Source: Fimbriosthenelais zetlandica (lineage: Eukaryota). From it: DNA of 64,000 bases. Location of the stretch: NCBI GenBank assembly GCA_977030845.1, contig OZ365110.1:37634001-37698000 (forward strand), written 5' to 3'. A model generated the notes under the pieces. It made no database searches and was not told where the DNA came from. It worked only from the letters and a program-made list of their open reading frames with translations. Shown here piece by piece: positions 25,962-37,913 of the stretch (its first letter is position 1; every line of letters starts with the position of its first letter). The translations under genes and the position numbers were made by a program.

Positions 25962-28900
25962 CAGGTTTTTGTTGGTGTCTGGATCATGTTTCAATTCATC
26001 ATAATATTCCATTTCTTCCTCCTCCACACCTTGACAGCGTCCAGCACATCTCCTGATACAGGGGAAGAGTAACCGACGTGGCACGGTCCTCTTCATCCTC
26101 AGATATGGTATGAACATGGTTAATATACCAGCGATTAAAACAGTAAGGATACCTATAGCTGGGTACCACAGGTATGAGACAGCATACATTTTCTCCAGCC
26201 CTACTCTGCAAGCATAAAGGGTCGTATTATTGACAAGATTTATCTATAAAGTCATGGATTTGGCCACAGTTGGAAAGATTTTTCAGATATTACTTACGGC
26301 CCTGTTTTCATGGCAGCTGTGGTCACGTTAACAATCATAGTAGTGGTTTCTGTGATGTTGGAGATGCCACTAATTGTGTTATTGGGTACAGGACATGAGG
26401 CCCTGGGTAGAGGTAAAGGCATCGTATGAAAACCATGATAATAGCCTCCTATAGCCATCCATCCTGACAAACACCATCCCAGTAATACACCAATAAGAGC
26501 GCCCTGAAACGTACCATCAATTATGATGAATAAATTAGTTTAAACTTTTTAAATTAAAAATACTACTAATGTAATAAAATTATGATTTACACAGAATGAT
26601 GAAGAATGATAATATAATTATTCTATTAATGTCATGACAATACGACACATTTACAGAAAGATCATGAAAAGAATATCATTTTTATTTCCTGGTATGATTA
26701 TCAAATGTATATATATACTTATTTATATAGCCTAATCATAATGTTGAAACCAAGTAATACCCATGGTCCAGCCCTGGGAAAAAGACCACCGAGGAAGAAA
26801 ACGCCAACAATGGGACCTATTGTCGTTCCTAGAATACTAAATACAATCTGCAAGAAAAGAGTTTTCACAGCTCCTTTATAATGAATACATGTACTCGACG
26901 ACCACCAGTCAAATTCTATATCCGATATCTTTCATAATTTTTAATGGCTCTCGTGAGATATGTTTTGCTGAAGGACTTACCTGTATAAATGTACCTCCTA
27001 GTAACCTTACGACAAAAGCCACACCAATACTTATGCCACCGTAGACAAACACTAAAATACAACGGAAATCAATATTATCATAAGGGTCTAGTTAGGAGTT
27101 ACACATCATCTACTTTTGGTTAATAGGTCCCATATACCTAAAAATCCAAAAAAGAAAGGACACAAATTTGCAGAGTTGTAGAATTCAAGAAAGCGTTTAA
27201 TACACTCTCTAACATCACATATTTTTTAGCAAAACTGATAATGCTGGCTTGGCTGACTTGTCATTAAATTGGTTCTGAAGCTATGCCCCCTTGCCCCCAC
27301 CCCCATTCCTCTGAACTGGCTTCGCCCCTGTCATTGCCATATGTCGACAAGTATATTTCCCACATTATCCTATAGTATAGCTTAAACATAATTATAATGA
27401 ATAAATTGTTATCTAACGGCATGTCAGCTGCTAAAGACGCATAATTATATAGGCTCTAATAGAAAATGATGTGTATTATTTGTCACCTATGATTTTGTTG
27501 AGGGTAGTCTGAGCTTTTGGAGAGAGATATCCAAACTTCCAACTCAGCAGGTCCTGCCATGTCACCGCAGCCATGGAATTTAACGACGAGGATATTGTAC
27601 TGAAAATGTTAATATTCGGCAAGATAATTTTTGAAGTATAGTAATTTACAATAGACTATACTAGAGCTTTAGTCAATTATACTAGAGCTATATAAATATT
27701 TATAAAGTTTTATGTGTTCTCACCTGACGGAACCACTGTAGAGACAAGCCACAAAAAGGCCAGGAATACCTGGATACCCAATTACATCCATAACAAAGTA
27801 GGGTAAAATCTGAAATCAATTATAATCAGGAACAACATTTATTTCGGCTCTGCTATGCAGAAGGATGACTAATTGTTATGAGTCTATGAGACGAATACCA
27901 TCTACAAGAAGGGTATAGACAATTCTTCTCATATTTCATTGTTTCACACCCAAACCACTAGAGGACACTAGCATCTTGGATATCTTCATACCACCGTCCA
28001 AGACCGACAATGGGTTAAACCAAGAGTTTTTACGAAATTGGCTGAAAATCACGAGGAAACCGCAGATTGCAGAAGGATGTAATGAAAGTACAACTTTTGA
28101 AAGATGTCCACACAGAAAAATTCTAACAGCATGAACCTACCTGATTAGGACTGGAAATATAGCCAGCACTCAGAGGATCACAGCCGATTTTAGCATAGTA
28201 TGCAAAGGCCACGATACCACACAAACAACAGAGGATCCCAATAATAACAAAACCAGGTATGTTTAACAGAACTGACCTGCACATTAAAAATAAATATTAA
28301 AGTATGAAGTATTAAAGTAAAAAGCATGCTATATTCGTTTTTTCTTGAAATTCATTGCTTTGATTCGATTCATTTTTTTGTGGGACCAGTTTCCAATTAA
28401 TTCTGACATCATGAAAGAACATTTTAATAAATGGACGTTGTTGCATCTTTCCATGTCAAGGTAAAGTGTAATATAGTTTATCACAAATAAATGACTCTTA
28501 CAGCTGCGCTTTCCTTAAGCTGGTAAGAGCACAGTAACGTTGGACAGCCTGCTGAGCAGCTGTCATACACATCCACAATATAGACATCAACACTACGATA
28601 GACCAGAAGGTCGTTCGCTTAGTCGGATCAGGATCAAAACTAAAAAAGATCCAAAATAATTTATGAAAAGTAACAATTTACAGACCTGCAGACCGAAGTT
28701 GAAATTTGGAGACTAACTTATAAAAAAACTATACCTAATATATGTCAAGGTAACTTAATTGAAAAACACACCTTTCAGTATAGAGACACTTGGACTAGAT
28801 TGTCCAATAATATGAACATTGTGATGTAAAAGCAGTGTAAAAAGGAAGATTAATAACTCACTCAAAGAACTCTATCCTTCCCCACTCCTTATTGAGCTCC

Positions 28901-30669
28901 CATACCACTCCCATTCCACCAACTTTTATTATGCCCTGAAACAAATGTGGTGTAAAGATAAGATACCATAAGCATCTGGCATCAAATTTGCTTTATATAA
29001 AGTATTATGAATATAAGTGTTCTTCAGAATACGATATTAATTTAAGCCCCACTGGTTTTGACAAATGGCTGGCTGTCACACAAGACTGATCTGAAGAATT
29101 TAAGTTGAATAAGATGAATTGGTAAGTGTAAATGGGATACTCCTATTTAAATGTCTTTTGAATTATGTTAATTCTGAAGTGAAAGGGGAAAGTATATAAA
29201 AGTGCATATAGTTTTCATTTCTTTTTAATTAAACTTACCACCACCACCACCACGATCAATCCCACTAAAATAACAACACTTTGGAAGACGTCTGTCCATA
29301 TCACAGCTTTCATTCCACCCTGGAATTGTTCACGAATTTATAAGTATAATTGAAATATTAAATAAACATAACTATGCCCAAATTAATTATAACAAAATCT
29401 GAATTACGCTTGCAATAAGTAAACATTAATCTGAGACATCATATCAATTCTGACACTTACTATTGCGGTATATATTGTTGTAGAAATGCCACACAAAACT
29501 ATGGAGGCCCAAACAGGGAATCCGGAAACTGGATGAGGAATAATTCACGAATTACATCTATGTCATTAAAATGTTCTAAAATTTCATAGTTATATTTATT
29601 TGTACTGTGAAAATGTCGAGGCTTTTTAGCCTCTGACCTTAACTTCCTGAATAAAATAAACTGAATCCCATTGAATACACATACCAGCCTCCAGGGCTGA
29701 CGACGGGGCGTACAAGCCTGTCGCATTGGAGAATATCTGAATAAAAAAATGATAATATATTGCACCTGTTAAATCTAAGACGAAACGAAGTTTATATTCT
29801 GCAAACTATAAGTTTAACATAAGGAATGAAGAGGACAGCTACTTACCATATTTAAAAGCATCATAATAGTACCTAATCTCCTGACTATATTGGAATCAAA
29901 CCTCATGAAAAAATACTGAAAAGGGGCACAAATTATAAATAAGGCAATTGCTATAAATTAATCAACAAGGTAATATTTGAATTCTCCAAAATGATGGTCT
30001 AATAAAAGGATCGAAATTATTGAATCTTCTCTGACTTACCTCAAAGGAACTAGTGAGTTTGAGAGGGTAAAACAAAGGTACAAATATAAGAGCACCAAAG
30101 ATGGAGCCTAACACAGCTGCTATGAGGTACAATGAGAACTGAGTACCAAATGCATACATCTCAGCTGGAGTACCCAGAATACCAATAGACGACACAAACG
30201 ACACCAGAATAGACAAAGCCACGGGTATAACCTATAATTGACAGGATAAGATTCAAAGTAATATATACCTATAACTTATTAAATACGATTATGACAAAAA
30301 TGAATTAATTTTAAAACAATTAGATTAGGCTGGGGATCACTATACAATAATAGTAGGTTTTCGTTGCTACAGCTTAAAATAAATTCAAATAATTTTATCA
30401 GTTAAATCATTAAAAAGTAGAAAAAGGAGATAAGAGTACTAGTAGGTAAAGCAAAAAATGTATCAAGACTTAAAATAAAATAAATTTAACCAAAACGTGT
30501 TATCTACTTTAAGATTCCTGTCTCCCATGAGGTATTCTTCATTAGTTTTCTGCTTTCCTCCAGAGAGGGCAAAATATAAACCAATGCCGAGTGAGACGGC
30601 GATGGTGGCCAGAAAAACGATATAATCCGCAACATGAAAATGCGGCTTTCCAGGCATTGACGTCGACAT
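25962..30669 (-). CDS. Sodium-coupled monocarboxylate transporter / sodium:solute symporter (SLC5A8/SLC5A12/NIS/SMVT group)
   Basis: 15 GT-AG exons in consistent phase: 30508-30669, 30040-30231, 29847-29915, 29685-29736, 29461-29528, 29239-29319, 28862-28935, 28502-28639, 28141-28276, 27724-27809, 27487-27599, 26981-27051, 26761-26847, 26298-26503, 25962-26205 (593 codons). Family motifs: [82 protein letters not shown]-terminus unresolved: read-through to stop at 25902, or one more exon near 25710-25820. Confidence 0.93.
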
Positions 30670-33600
30670 TTTGTCTGAAAAACATTGAATGAAAACAAAA
30701 AGTTTATTAAACATTTTAAGAAATATTATGTAGGCCTATAGGTGTAAATTTCGGAAATCTGTGGACTTTACACCAACTATATGGAAAGGAGGACGAGTGA
30801 AAAAGAAAATATCAATGGTTTATATATTTAGCGGGCCGTTTACGAGTTTTGGGCTATCAATGCATCATCAGTTGCAATTGTTTTGTCCATTGGGAAATGA
30901 TGAGATTTGTACACTTGAAAAAGCCAAATTACATGTACTCAACTATTGGCCTGGGGAGCACAACATTCACTACTTTATAAAAGTCCCGCTAGGTGGCGAA
31001 TCTTATAGAATGCCAAGTGAAATGTTAGCCTAGCTCACGGCTAAGAAATCTATAAGAATAAATTTGAAAGTTATCTGTTGGGCATCTGATTAATAAAAAG
31101 CTGGCATGTGGATAATTGCTTTGCTTTTAGGCTAACATCACACAATATCTCACAATGTCCCATATAGTAGGCCTACAAATCTCAGTTGTGGGAGAGTGTT
31201 TCAATATTCCTGCCCACAACCATAGCAATGACGTAAATTCACACCCAAATGTGGAAAGAAAAATATGCAGCGTCTTTCATTTCATTTCAGTGTGACATTT
31301 TTATGAATAGGTTCATCCAAGCGCGAGTTTGGAGGAACATCTCGCTTTCATCAACCATTGAGTTTACACATCAAGTCTCAAGTGACCGAACACAAAAGTA
31401 AAACCATTCAGTTGCTCGTTGACAAGGAATTTACAACAAACCAGACTTTCAGGTCAACATAACATGCATGTGGGGTTCATTCGTTCTTTCTACTTCCCGT
31501 ATTGCTATAGTTTATAGCAAAAATAAAATTCATTAACGTATTTGAGTTATGTGATTTTACTTCTTCAGCTTGCCTTATTATTTACATTGTCATCACATTG
31601 CATCTTTTATTAACTTAGTATGTCCCCATTTGTCCCCACTGGGGACATGATAATATAGGCCTGTATGGATGCTGTGAGTTTAACATATATTTTTCTTAGC
31701 CAGTTCCAAGGGGAGGAGAATCGATGTTAGTGGGTTATCCGATCCTCCTATATTCCTATCAGGTTTTGACTATATTACATGCAATAGGTTAGCCTATAGG
31801 CTATTAAAAACTTGAAATCAATCAAACAAGCTCGTAAATCAAATGAATGACGCAACAAATAAAGAACCAATTAAAGGTAAATAAGGGCAAATCAGTATTA
31901 ATAATATTCATAGGTATACATTTAGGTCTACAATAGATGTTAGACAAAATGTAGTATTATGATAATAAAAGGATGTGTGGTAAAATGATGGAGGAGGCCT
32001 AAAATCATCTGGTAACAGAATCAACCTGAATTGTTAACAAAAGTGACGTCACTACCGTATGACAGCTACTTCAGCAACGGAAACCATTTTATTTGAAGGG
32101 CCAAGATTATTCTAAAATGATAAGCAAACACATGCTAAAGGAACGAATCTTTTTCTTTGGCCTGAAGGTCAAAATTGTATTCATGTGGGATGATTCTTTC
32201 AGGTGTGCAGGTGAACTGTGAACAAGTGTATTGGCCTACATCAAATTGATGAAGGGCAACCGGAACCACTCACTCTCAGGTACAAAAAAACACTCCCACA
32301 TATTTAGGCTCCTTTACAGAAAAATAACAAAAAGTTACATGCACAGTAGAATCTTTTGACTGGGTAATGGGCCATGCCGTAGACTTACATGTACATGTAT
32401 GTGCAATTATTGCAAGAGATCAACGTGACTTTCGTGAAGTTGTGTGTAACTTATAGGCCTAGGCCTAATCAAAGGATTGCATTGAGGATTTATGTTCCTC
32501 TTTAGCCCGAAACCAGAGAAGATAATTAAGGTCAATACATGCTCTAATAATAATATTATTATATCTGGGACTAGTTGCTCTTTTCATTTCAAATTGAAAT
32601 CTATTGAAATTGCCTGTCCTTTTGAACGCAATTTTTATAAAGTGAAAGGAGAGAATGGTCCTTTAATGTTATAGATCTATATGTACACAGCCGGCAAAAG
32701 TAGGAGACGAACAGGATATGAAAGATGTTGGGTGGATTAATATTGATCCCTCTTGGGATGTTTCGGGATATAATGGAAAGAGACAATATTTATGCTTTGT
32801 TTGAATAATGATTAAACCGAGGGCCATGCTATATACATGTCCGTACCGGTACTTAAGCTTTAAGATGATAACGCTTGACAGAGTATACTTGTGTAGTATG
32901 TCTCTCTATATAATAATTAATTAAGCCTATAATATCGATTTTATTTCGACATGCCAGAACCATGTCCACAATTTTAAGGATTATTTGAGCAGATATATAC
33001 GTTCCATATTTATAAATCAATTTCAAATCCCGGCGAACTGGAACGAAGGAATGTAGATGTAAAGCCTTGTTGGGCCTCTAAAATGCCTTTTAGTAATGCT
33101 CTAAATATAAGGGAACCCATCCAATATAATTTTTATTCATGCCAGTTTCCAACTAGAGAAGTGGCTACATCATGTGTTTATGCTCTACTTCTCACTGTAA
33201 GTGTAACCCCCTTCTTGGACATAACACAGTTAAAAATAGACAAGGTCATTGTGGTCATTTTTGTGCGGGATTGGGACAGAAATTACATAGCATAGCCTAC
33301 TTTTTAGGAATGTGTTAGCGTGGGTTAACAATTACATGCGAGATGTAGGCCTAGTAAAGATGGAGAACAGAAGGGTTTGTATAAATCTATTGAAATATAT
33401 CATAGACTATTTCGTTAAAAGAAGTGCGAGTTTTCAGCACAAAAAACATCATGTTACAAACAAATGTGCAATGATAAGCAACGTTTGATCAAAAATAATG
33501 TTATCACCAGTTTTGATCCAGGTTAGTCAGACAAGTGATAACAACATGTACGCATACCGATAAGCACGCTATAAGTCATAATTATTATCAGACACCTAAA

Positions 33601-36260
33601 TGACGAAAAACAGTCTATAGTAATAACCATTAATATAATTTGAGCACTGCTTGTCTATTTTATTAAATTTGGTATCTACTATTTCACAGTAGTTTTACAA
33701 TATTTAGGAATTGTGGAAATAGCAATGTTAAAATATCCTCCCAGTATCAAACATAAACCAAAAAAAGACACTTTAAGAAGTGTGACAAGCTTCTCTGCCT
33801 GCATGGGAAAATCTAGATTGAATACCAAATGTGGTATGAGGGACATTTCCCCTGATTTCTCCCTGTGGGTTGTACATTGCTGGTGAGGGTGGCACTATAC
33901 AGCGTTTCACAATAAATAATTATCATTCCTCAAATCACGATGAAAATTAGCCAATATCCGTCCATAATGAATAGCAGTGGGAGTTAACATACACTTGCCA
34001 GTTTCATTTGAAGGCGAACAACAAAAAAAGTATTTTTTTCTTTGAACATGGTGCAGTGAGGTTTTCTTAGGCTAATCTTGACTGAATGGACCTAGCTTTG
34101 TATGTCAATATATTCGTCAAGTGCAAGATGTCAAAGCCCTTGAGTAAACGCTGAGAACCGAGTACTAGCCTACCTGTTTAGAGTCGCAGAGCTTGCCAGA
34201 TTTTCTTTACTTTCCCCAGGCACGTTTATGTACACCCGCTCTCCTACAAGAGCTGGACGGGTGATGAACAGGCTATACTCCAGTCACACGTGCTCTTTAA
34301 ATCACTACTGTGAGCTAGGACTTTTATGTAATCCACCATATAATATACAATGTCATGTATATTTTAATGTAACGTTATATATAGTTCCTAAGACAAGTCA
34401 GAACGTTCCCAAAATGACATGAATCGGCTATATCCATAGATGTGTATTATTTTAATTTCACACTGACTATTACTTTTTGTTATATCAAAGTTGGTGCATG
34501 GATGGATAGTGTAAATAAAGGTGCCTTCTACACACACATTGTACAGTGATTCCTTTATACATGTGAGTATTAACGTCTACTTTCCCTTGTCATGTCACCC
34601 TCTAGCTGCTCCTTATTCAACATGATCAATACGCCTTCCACCTCCTTCCCTATTTTTATGTCCCATGGGTGGTAGGCCTATATATTGGTTATCAGGAGGC
34701 TCTACAAAATGTATATCACAGAGGTCCTCTCTGGGCATTCCCCCAAGACAGTCTCATGAACTGGTATGTATACACATACTGTATATCAATGATCACATCC
34801 CACCAATCATCACGCCCTAAATCCTTGCTTCGATATCCATTATGCAAGGTATGTGTAGGCTATAATAATGGGAAGCAGGGAGAGGGTTGAGCAGTAGGTG
34901 GCCAAGACTGAGTTGTTAAGTTGTAAGTGTTTGGAGGCAGCAAAGCATATATCACCGCCTCTGGAATCACCTGTGACTATATCTCTACTGAGTCTAAGGT
35001 AACCCCATGTACGTGTACACAACAATTGAGAGCACCCATGTGTAGAAATCTATAGCATCTCACGGCCATTAGCCAGCATGGTTGGGCACTATCTTTTAAG
35101 AAGGGGTGAAGGTTAAAGCTCGGGGATTTAGAGGACATAATTATATCCCCCTCATTTTCTTTAATCTAGACCTGCATGTGTGGAATAAATTTTGCGGACT
35201 GTGATTTATTATCTATGTGAAATATACAATCCGCAGTTAAAAATGTAATAATTATGCCCTTTATAATGCCTGTATGCCTATACATGTATATAGGTCTAAT
35301 GTGGGGGAAATATAGAATGTGATAATGACCCAATTCTGTACATTTTTAGAATATATTGCTGAGTGAACTAGGCCTACATGTATAAATTTATCTAATAATG
35401 TGCCATAATCTTCCTGTGTCAGGCAACAATAAAAGAGAACAGAAAAGAAAATAGGAAGGGAAAAAAACACTTCAGGCGTTAATGACAATCTTCACATAGG
35501 CCTAATACATGCAGTGAACTCCAAATTATGGATTTTATTAGGATATAATTATGTAAATCAAAGAGTCCAACTTGCTATATGCTCACTAAGTCTAAGAAAT
35601 ATCGGTTTATCCGGATAACAGTCCAATATCGATGGCATGCAAACCTAACTTTATGAGTGGCCCTCAAAATGGGTTATGAGTGAATGCGAGCTACTTTGAG
35701 ATGGCGCTTGCGGCAGCGTTGACATTGTAGGGCCTATATCGGGCGAGATCACCCCCCTCCTTTTTTTGGTGGCCGGATAACCCTGTAAATTATCGTTAGC
35801 GTTATATATGACATTGCACCATATAGTTCACATTGCATGTGAACATTCATGAGTTCAGAAAATTCATGAAGAGCGGATATTATCCTACATGCTGGCTAAT
35901 TAGCCTACATGAAACCTCAAACACAAAATATAACCCAGACTAATGAAGTGATACGATCGACACACTTAAAAGTTAGCCTACTTTAGGCCTATAGCCTAGG
36001 CCCTATTTTGCCTGCCATGGTATCAGAACTCATAGGTAAATATTTAGTGTCGTAGCCTAGGCCTACCGGTAGGTCAATGCCCAAAGAGCCCCCAAATCGC
36101 TCCATAGCCTACAACAATCGCCCGCGCCTCCGCAACGTGGCGCCACCTCTGTCAATTTAATGCCCCGCTTCGCCAAAGCTAGGCCTATAGGTAGGCCTAG
36201 GGGGCAATTGTGATAGGCCTAGGCCTATGCTAATGTGCCCCCCCCCCCCCCCCCCCTTAC

Positions 36261-36276
36261 CTGTTGCTTTGGCCAT
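36261..36276 (-). CDS. Candidate distal first coding exon of the SLC5 gene (MAKAT-D-K...)
   Basis: attATGGCCAAAGCAACAG|gtaagg is a strong phase-1 donor. Splicing to the acceptor at 30675/30674 (cag|ACAAAATG) gives GAC AAA ATG, in frame with the SLC5 ORF. A chance frame match has about 1/3 probability. Confidence 0.5.
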
Positions 36277-36285
36277 AATATGTTC

Positions 36286-36340
36286 TGTGCTCACTGCTGG
36301 AATGCTACGGTCACGACGTACTTGGCCAATCGATGAACTA
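36286..36340 (+). repeat. 55-bp direct repeat, copy 1 (X1)
   Basis: TGTGCTCACTGCTGG...CGATGAACTA is identical to 36447-36501. Confidence 0.97.
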
Positions 36341-36354
36341 GGCCTATAGCCTAT

Positions 36355-36446
36355 CAATCTTATCAGCCATCTTGGTCCGTTGCAACTGGTTGCGGATAAC
36401 AACTTTCACTATTTTTATTAGTTTCCATTTTCGACAGTGGTGGCGC
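36355..36446 (+). repeat. 92-bp direct repeat, copy 1 (Y1; left target-site-duplication-like copy)
   Basis: CAATCTTaTCAGCCATCTTGG...GGTGGCGC matches 37808-37899 with one mismatch (36362 A vs 37815 G). Confidence 0.97.
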
Positions 36447-36501
36447 TGTGCTCACTGCTGGAATGCTACGGTCACGACGTACTTGGCCAATCGATGAACT
36501 A
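36447..36501 (+). repeat. 55-bp direct repeat, copy 2 (X2), at the LINE 5' junction
   Basis: Identical to 36286-36340; joins directly to the LINE coding sequence (...GAACTA|TACCAATGC). Confidence 0.97.
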
Positions 36502-37311
36502 TACCAATGCGAAGTATGGGGGTTTACAAAAGCGGACATAGTGGAGAGACTGCATCTGAAATTCCTTAAGTACATAACAGGGGTTAAAACCTCAACTTGC
36601 AACTCAATGGTCTATGGCGAGCTGGGAAGATTCCCTCTCGAAATCGCGATAAAAAAAAGGATGGTGGGCTTCTGGGCCCGAACAGTTTCAGGGAAAGCCC
36701 AGAAATTGAGCTGCGTCATGATAAATAACCTATACCAGCTCAGCGAACAGGTGGACGTCGCATCCCCATGGCTGGCGCATGTCAAGAGCATACTCGATAG
36801 TTGTGGGCTGAGCGTTGTCTGGCGCTCCCACAACTTCTCCAGTGTTGAATGGCTGAAAGCCTCAGTGGAACGTAGTCTCCAGGACCAGTTCATTCAAGCC
36901 TGGAGAGCGGATCTTGCGAACAAGTCCTCCTGTGACCTCTATGTAGAATTTAAACAAAAATTTGATCTCAAAAAATACCTACTAGTCAATAACAATAGGG
37001 TAAGCAGAGCAATCTGCCAATTCAGAACAAACAATTCTAGGCTCCCCAAAGTGACCGGCAGATACAGGAACATTCCCAGAGGGGAGAGGTTATGCACCTT
37101 GTGTAATTACAGACAAGTAGGCGACGAATACCATGTCATTGTCGAGTGTAAACACGAGACTGTAGTCGAAATGAGGGCTAAATTTGTTCCCCAATATCTG
37201 CTCACAAACCCTTCCGTTCACAAATGCACCTCGTGGATTGGGAGCCACTCTGACAGGGACTTAAACCGGCTCGGTAAATTTTTATGTGGGGTTCTGCCCC
37301 TGTTTAAATAG
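36463..37311 (+). CDS. Potential 282-aa chimeric ORF: host-derived start (MLRSRRTWPIDEL) fused in frame to the LINE ORF2 C-terminus
   Basis: ATG at 36463 lies in X2 (ggaATG) and is in frame with the stop-free LINE segment. Expression unproven. Confidence 0.35.
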   Translation: MLRSRRTWPIDELYQCEVWGFTKADIVERLHLKFLKYITGVKTSTCNSMVYGELGRFPLEIAIKKRMVGFWARTVSGKAQKLSCVMINNLYQLSEQVDVASPWLAHVKSILDSCGLSVVWRSHNFSSVEWLKASVERSLQDQFIQAWRADLANKSSCDLYVEFKQKFDLKKYLLVNNNRVSRAICQFRTNNSRLPKVTGRYRNIPRGERLCTLCNYRQVGDEYHVIVECKHETVVEMRAKFVPQYLLTNPSVHKCTSWIGSHSDRDLNRLGKFLCGVLPLFK

Positions 37312-37807
37312 TGTAACCAATAAGTCTAGCTGATTGCGATCTACTGTCATGTAATTTTCTAATAGGCCTATGCATAAGTGTAGTCTTGATACTTAAGTGA
37401 ATCGGGAGGTAAAAGTGATGGATGATTCTTGTCATAAAAGTGATTCTAGTCTTGAACGTACAAATTAACTCTCTATAGTCAACGGTCATGAAAACGTATT
37501 ACCTACTGGGTCTCTATGACTACCTAATTATGTTTTGTCTTAATTTGATTTTTTTTTTTTTTTTTTTTTTATTCGCTTAATCTGATACAAGTATAGTAAT
37601 ATAATTTGCTGACACTGTACTCTATTTGCTCCAACATAATTACTTCAATTCTGAAACTTTTCGATTGCCGTGTTTTCGCTGTGTGTAGGCCTATAATATA
37701 TTGTATTCATATTTCATATTTTGTATTCATATTTTTTTACGCTCCATACCTCTCTATGTGGTCAGAGCTTAATAAAAACCTTGAAACCTTAATAAAAACC
37801 TTGAAAC
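36502..37807 (+). mobile_element. Young 5'-truncated non-LTR retrotransposon (RTE/RTE-X-like LINE): ORF2 C-terminus, 3'UTR and repeated tail
   Basis: Open frame YQCEVWG...VYGELGRFPL...SPWLAHVKSIL...C-x2-C-x9-H-x4-C knuckle (CTLCNYRQVGDEYHVIVEC) to stop at 37311; 3'UTR with T-run (~37548-37570); tail AATAAAAACCTTGAAACCTT-AATAAAAACCTTGAAAC (37771-37807); flanked by the 92-bp duplication. Clade assignment is inference. Confidence 0.9.
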
Positions 37808-37899
37808 CAATCTTGTCAGCCATCTTGGTCCGTTGCAACTGGTTGCGGATAACAACTTTCACTATTTTTATTAGTTTCCATTTTCGACAGTGGTGGCGC
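37808..37899 (+). repeat. 92-bp direct repeat, copy 2 (Y2); presumed GADD45GIP1 core promoter/5'UTR
   Basis: Matches 36355-36446; ends 14 nt before the GADD45GIP1 ATG; contains a YY1-like GCCATCTT. Confidence 0.95.
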
Positions 37900-37913
37900 C
37901 TTCGTACCACAAC

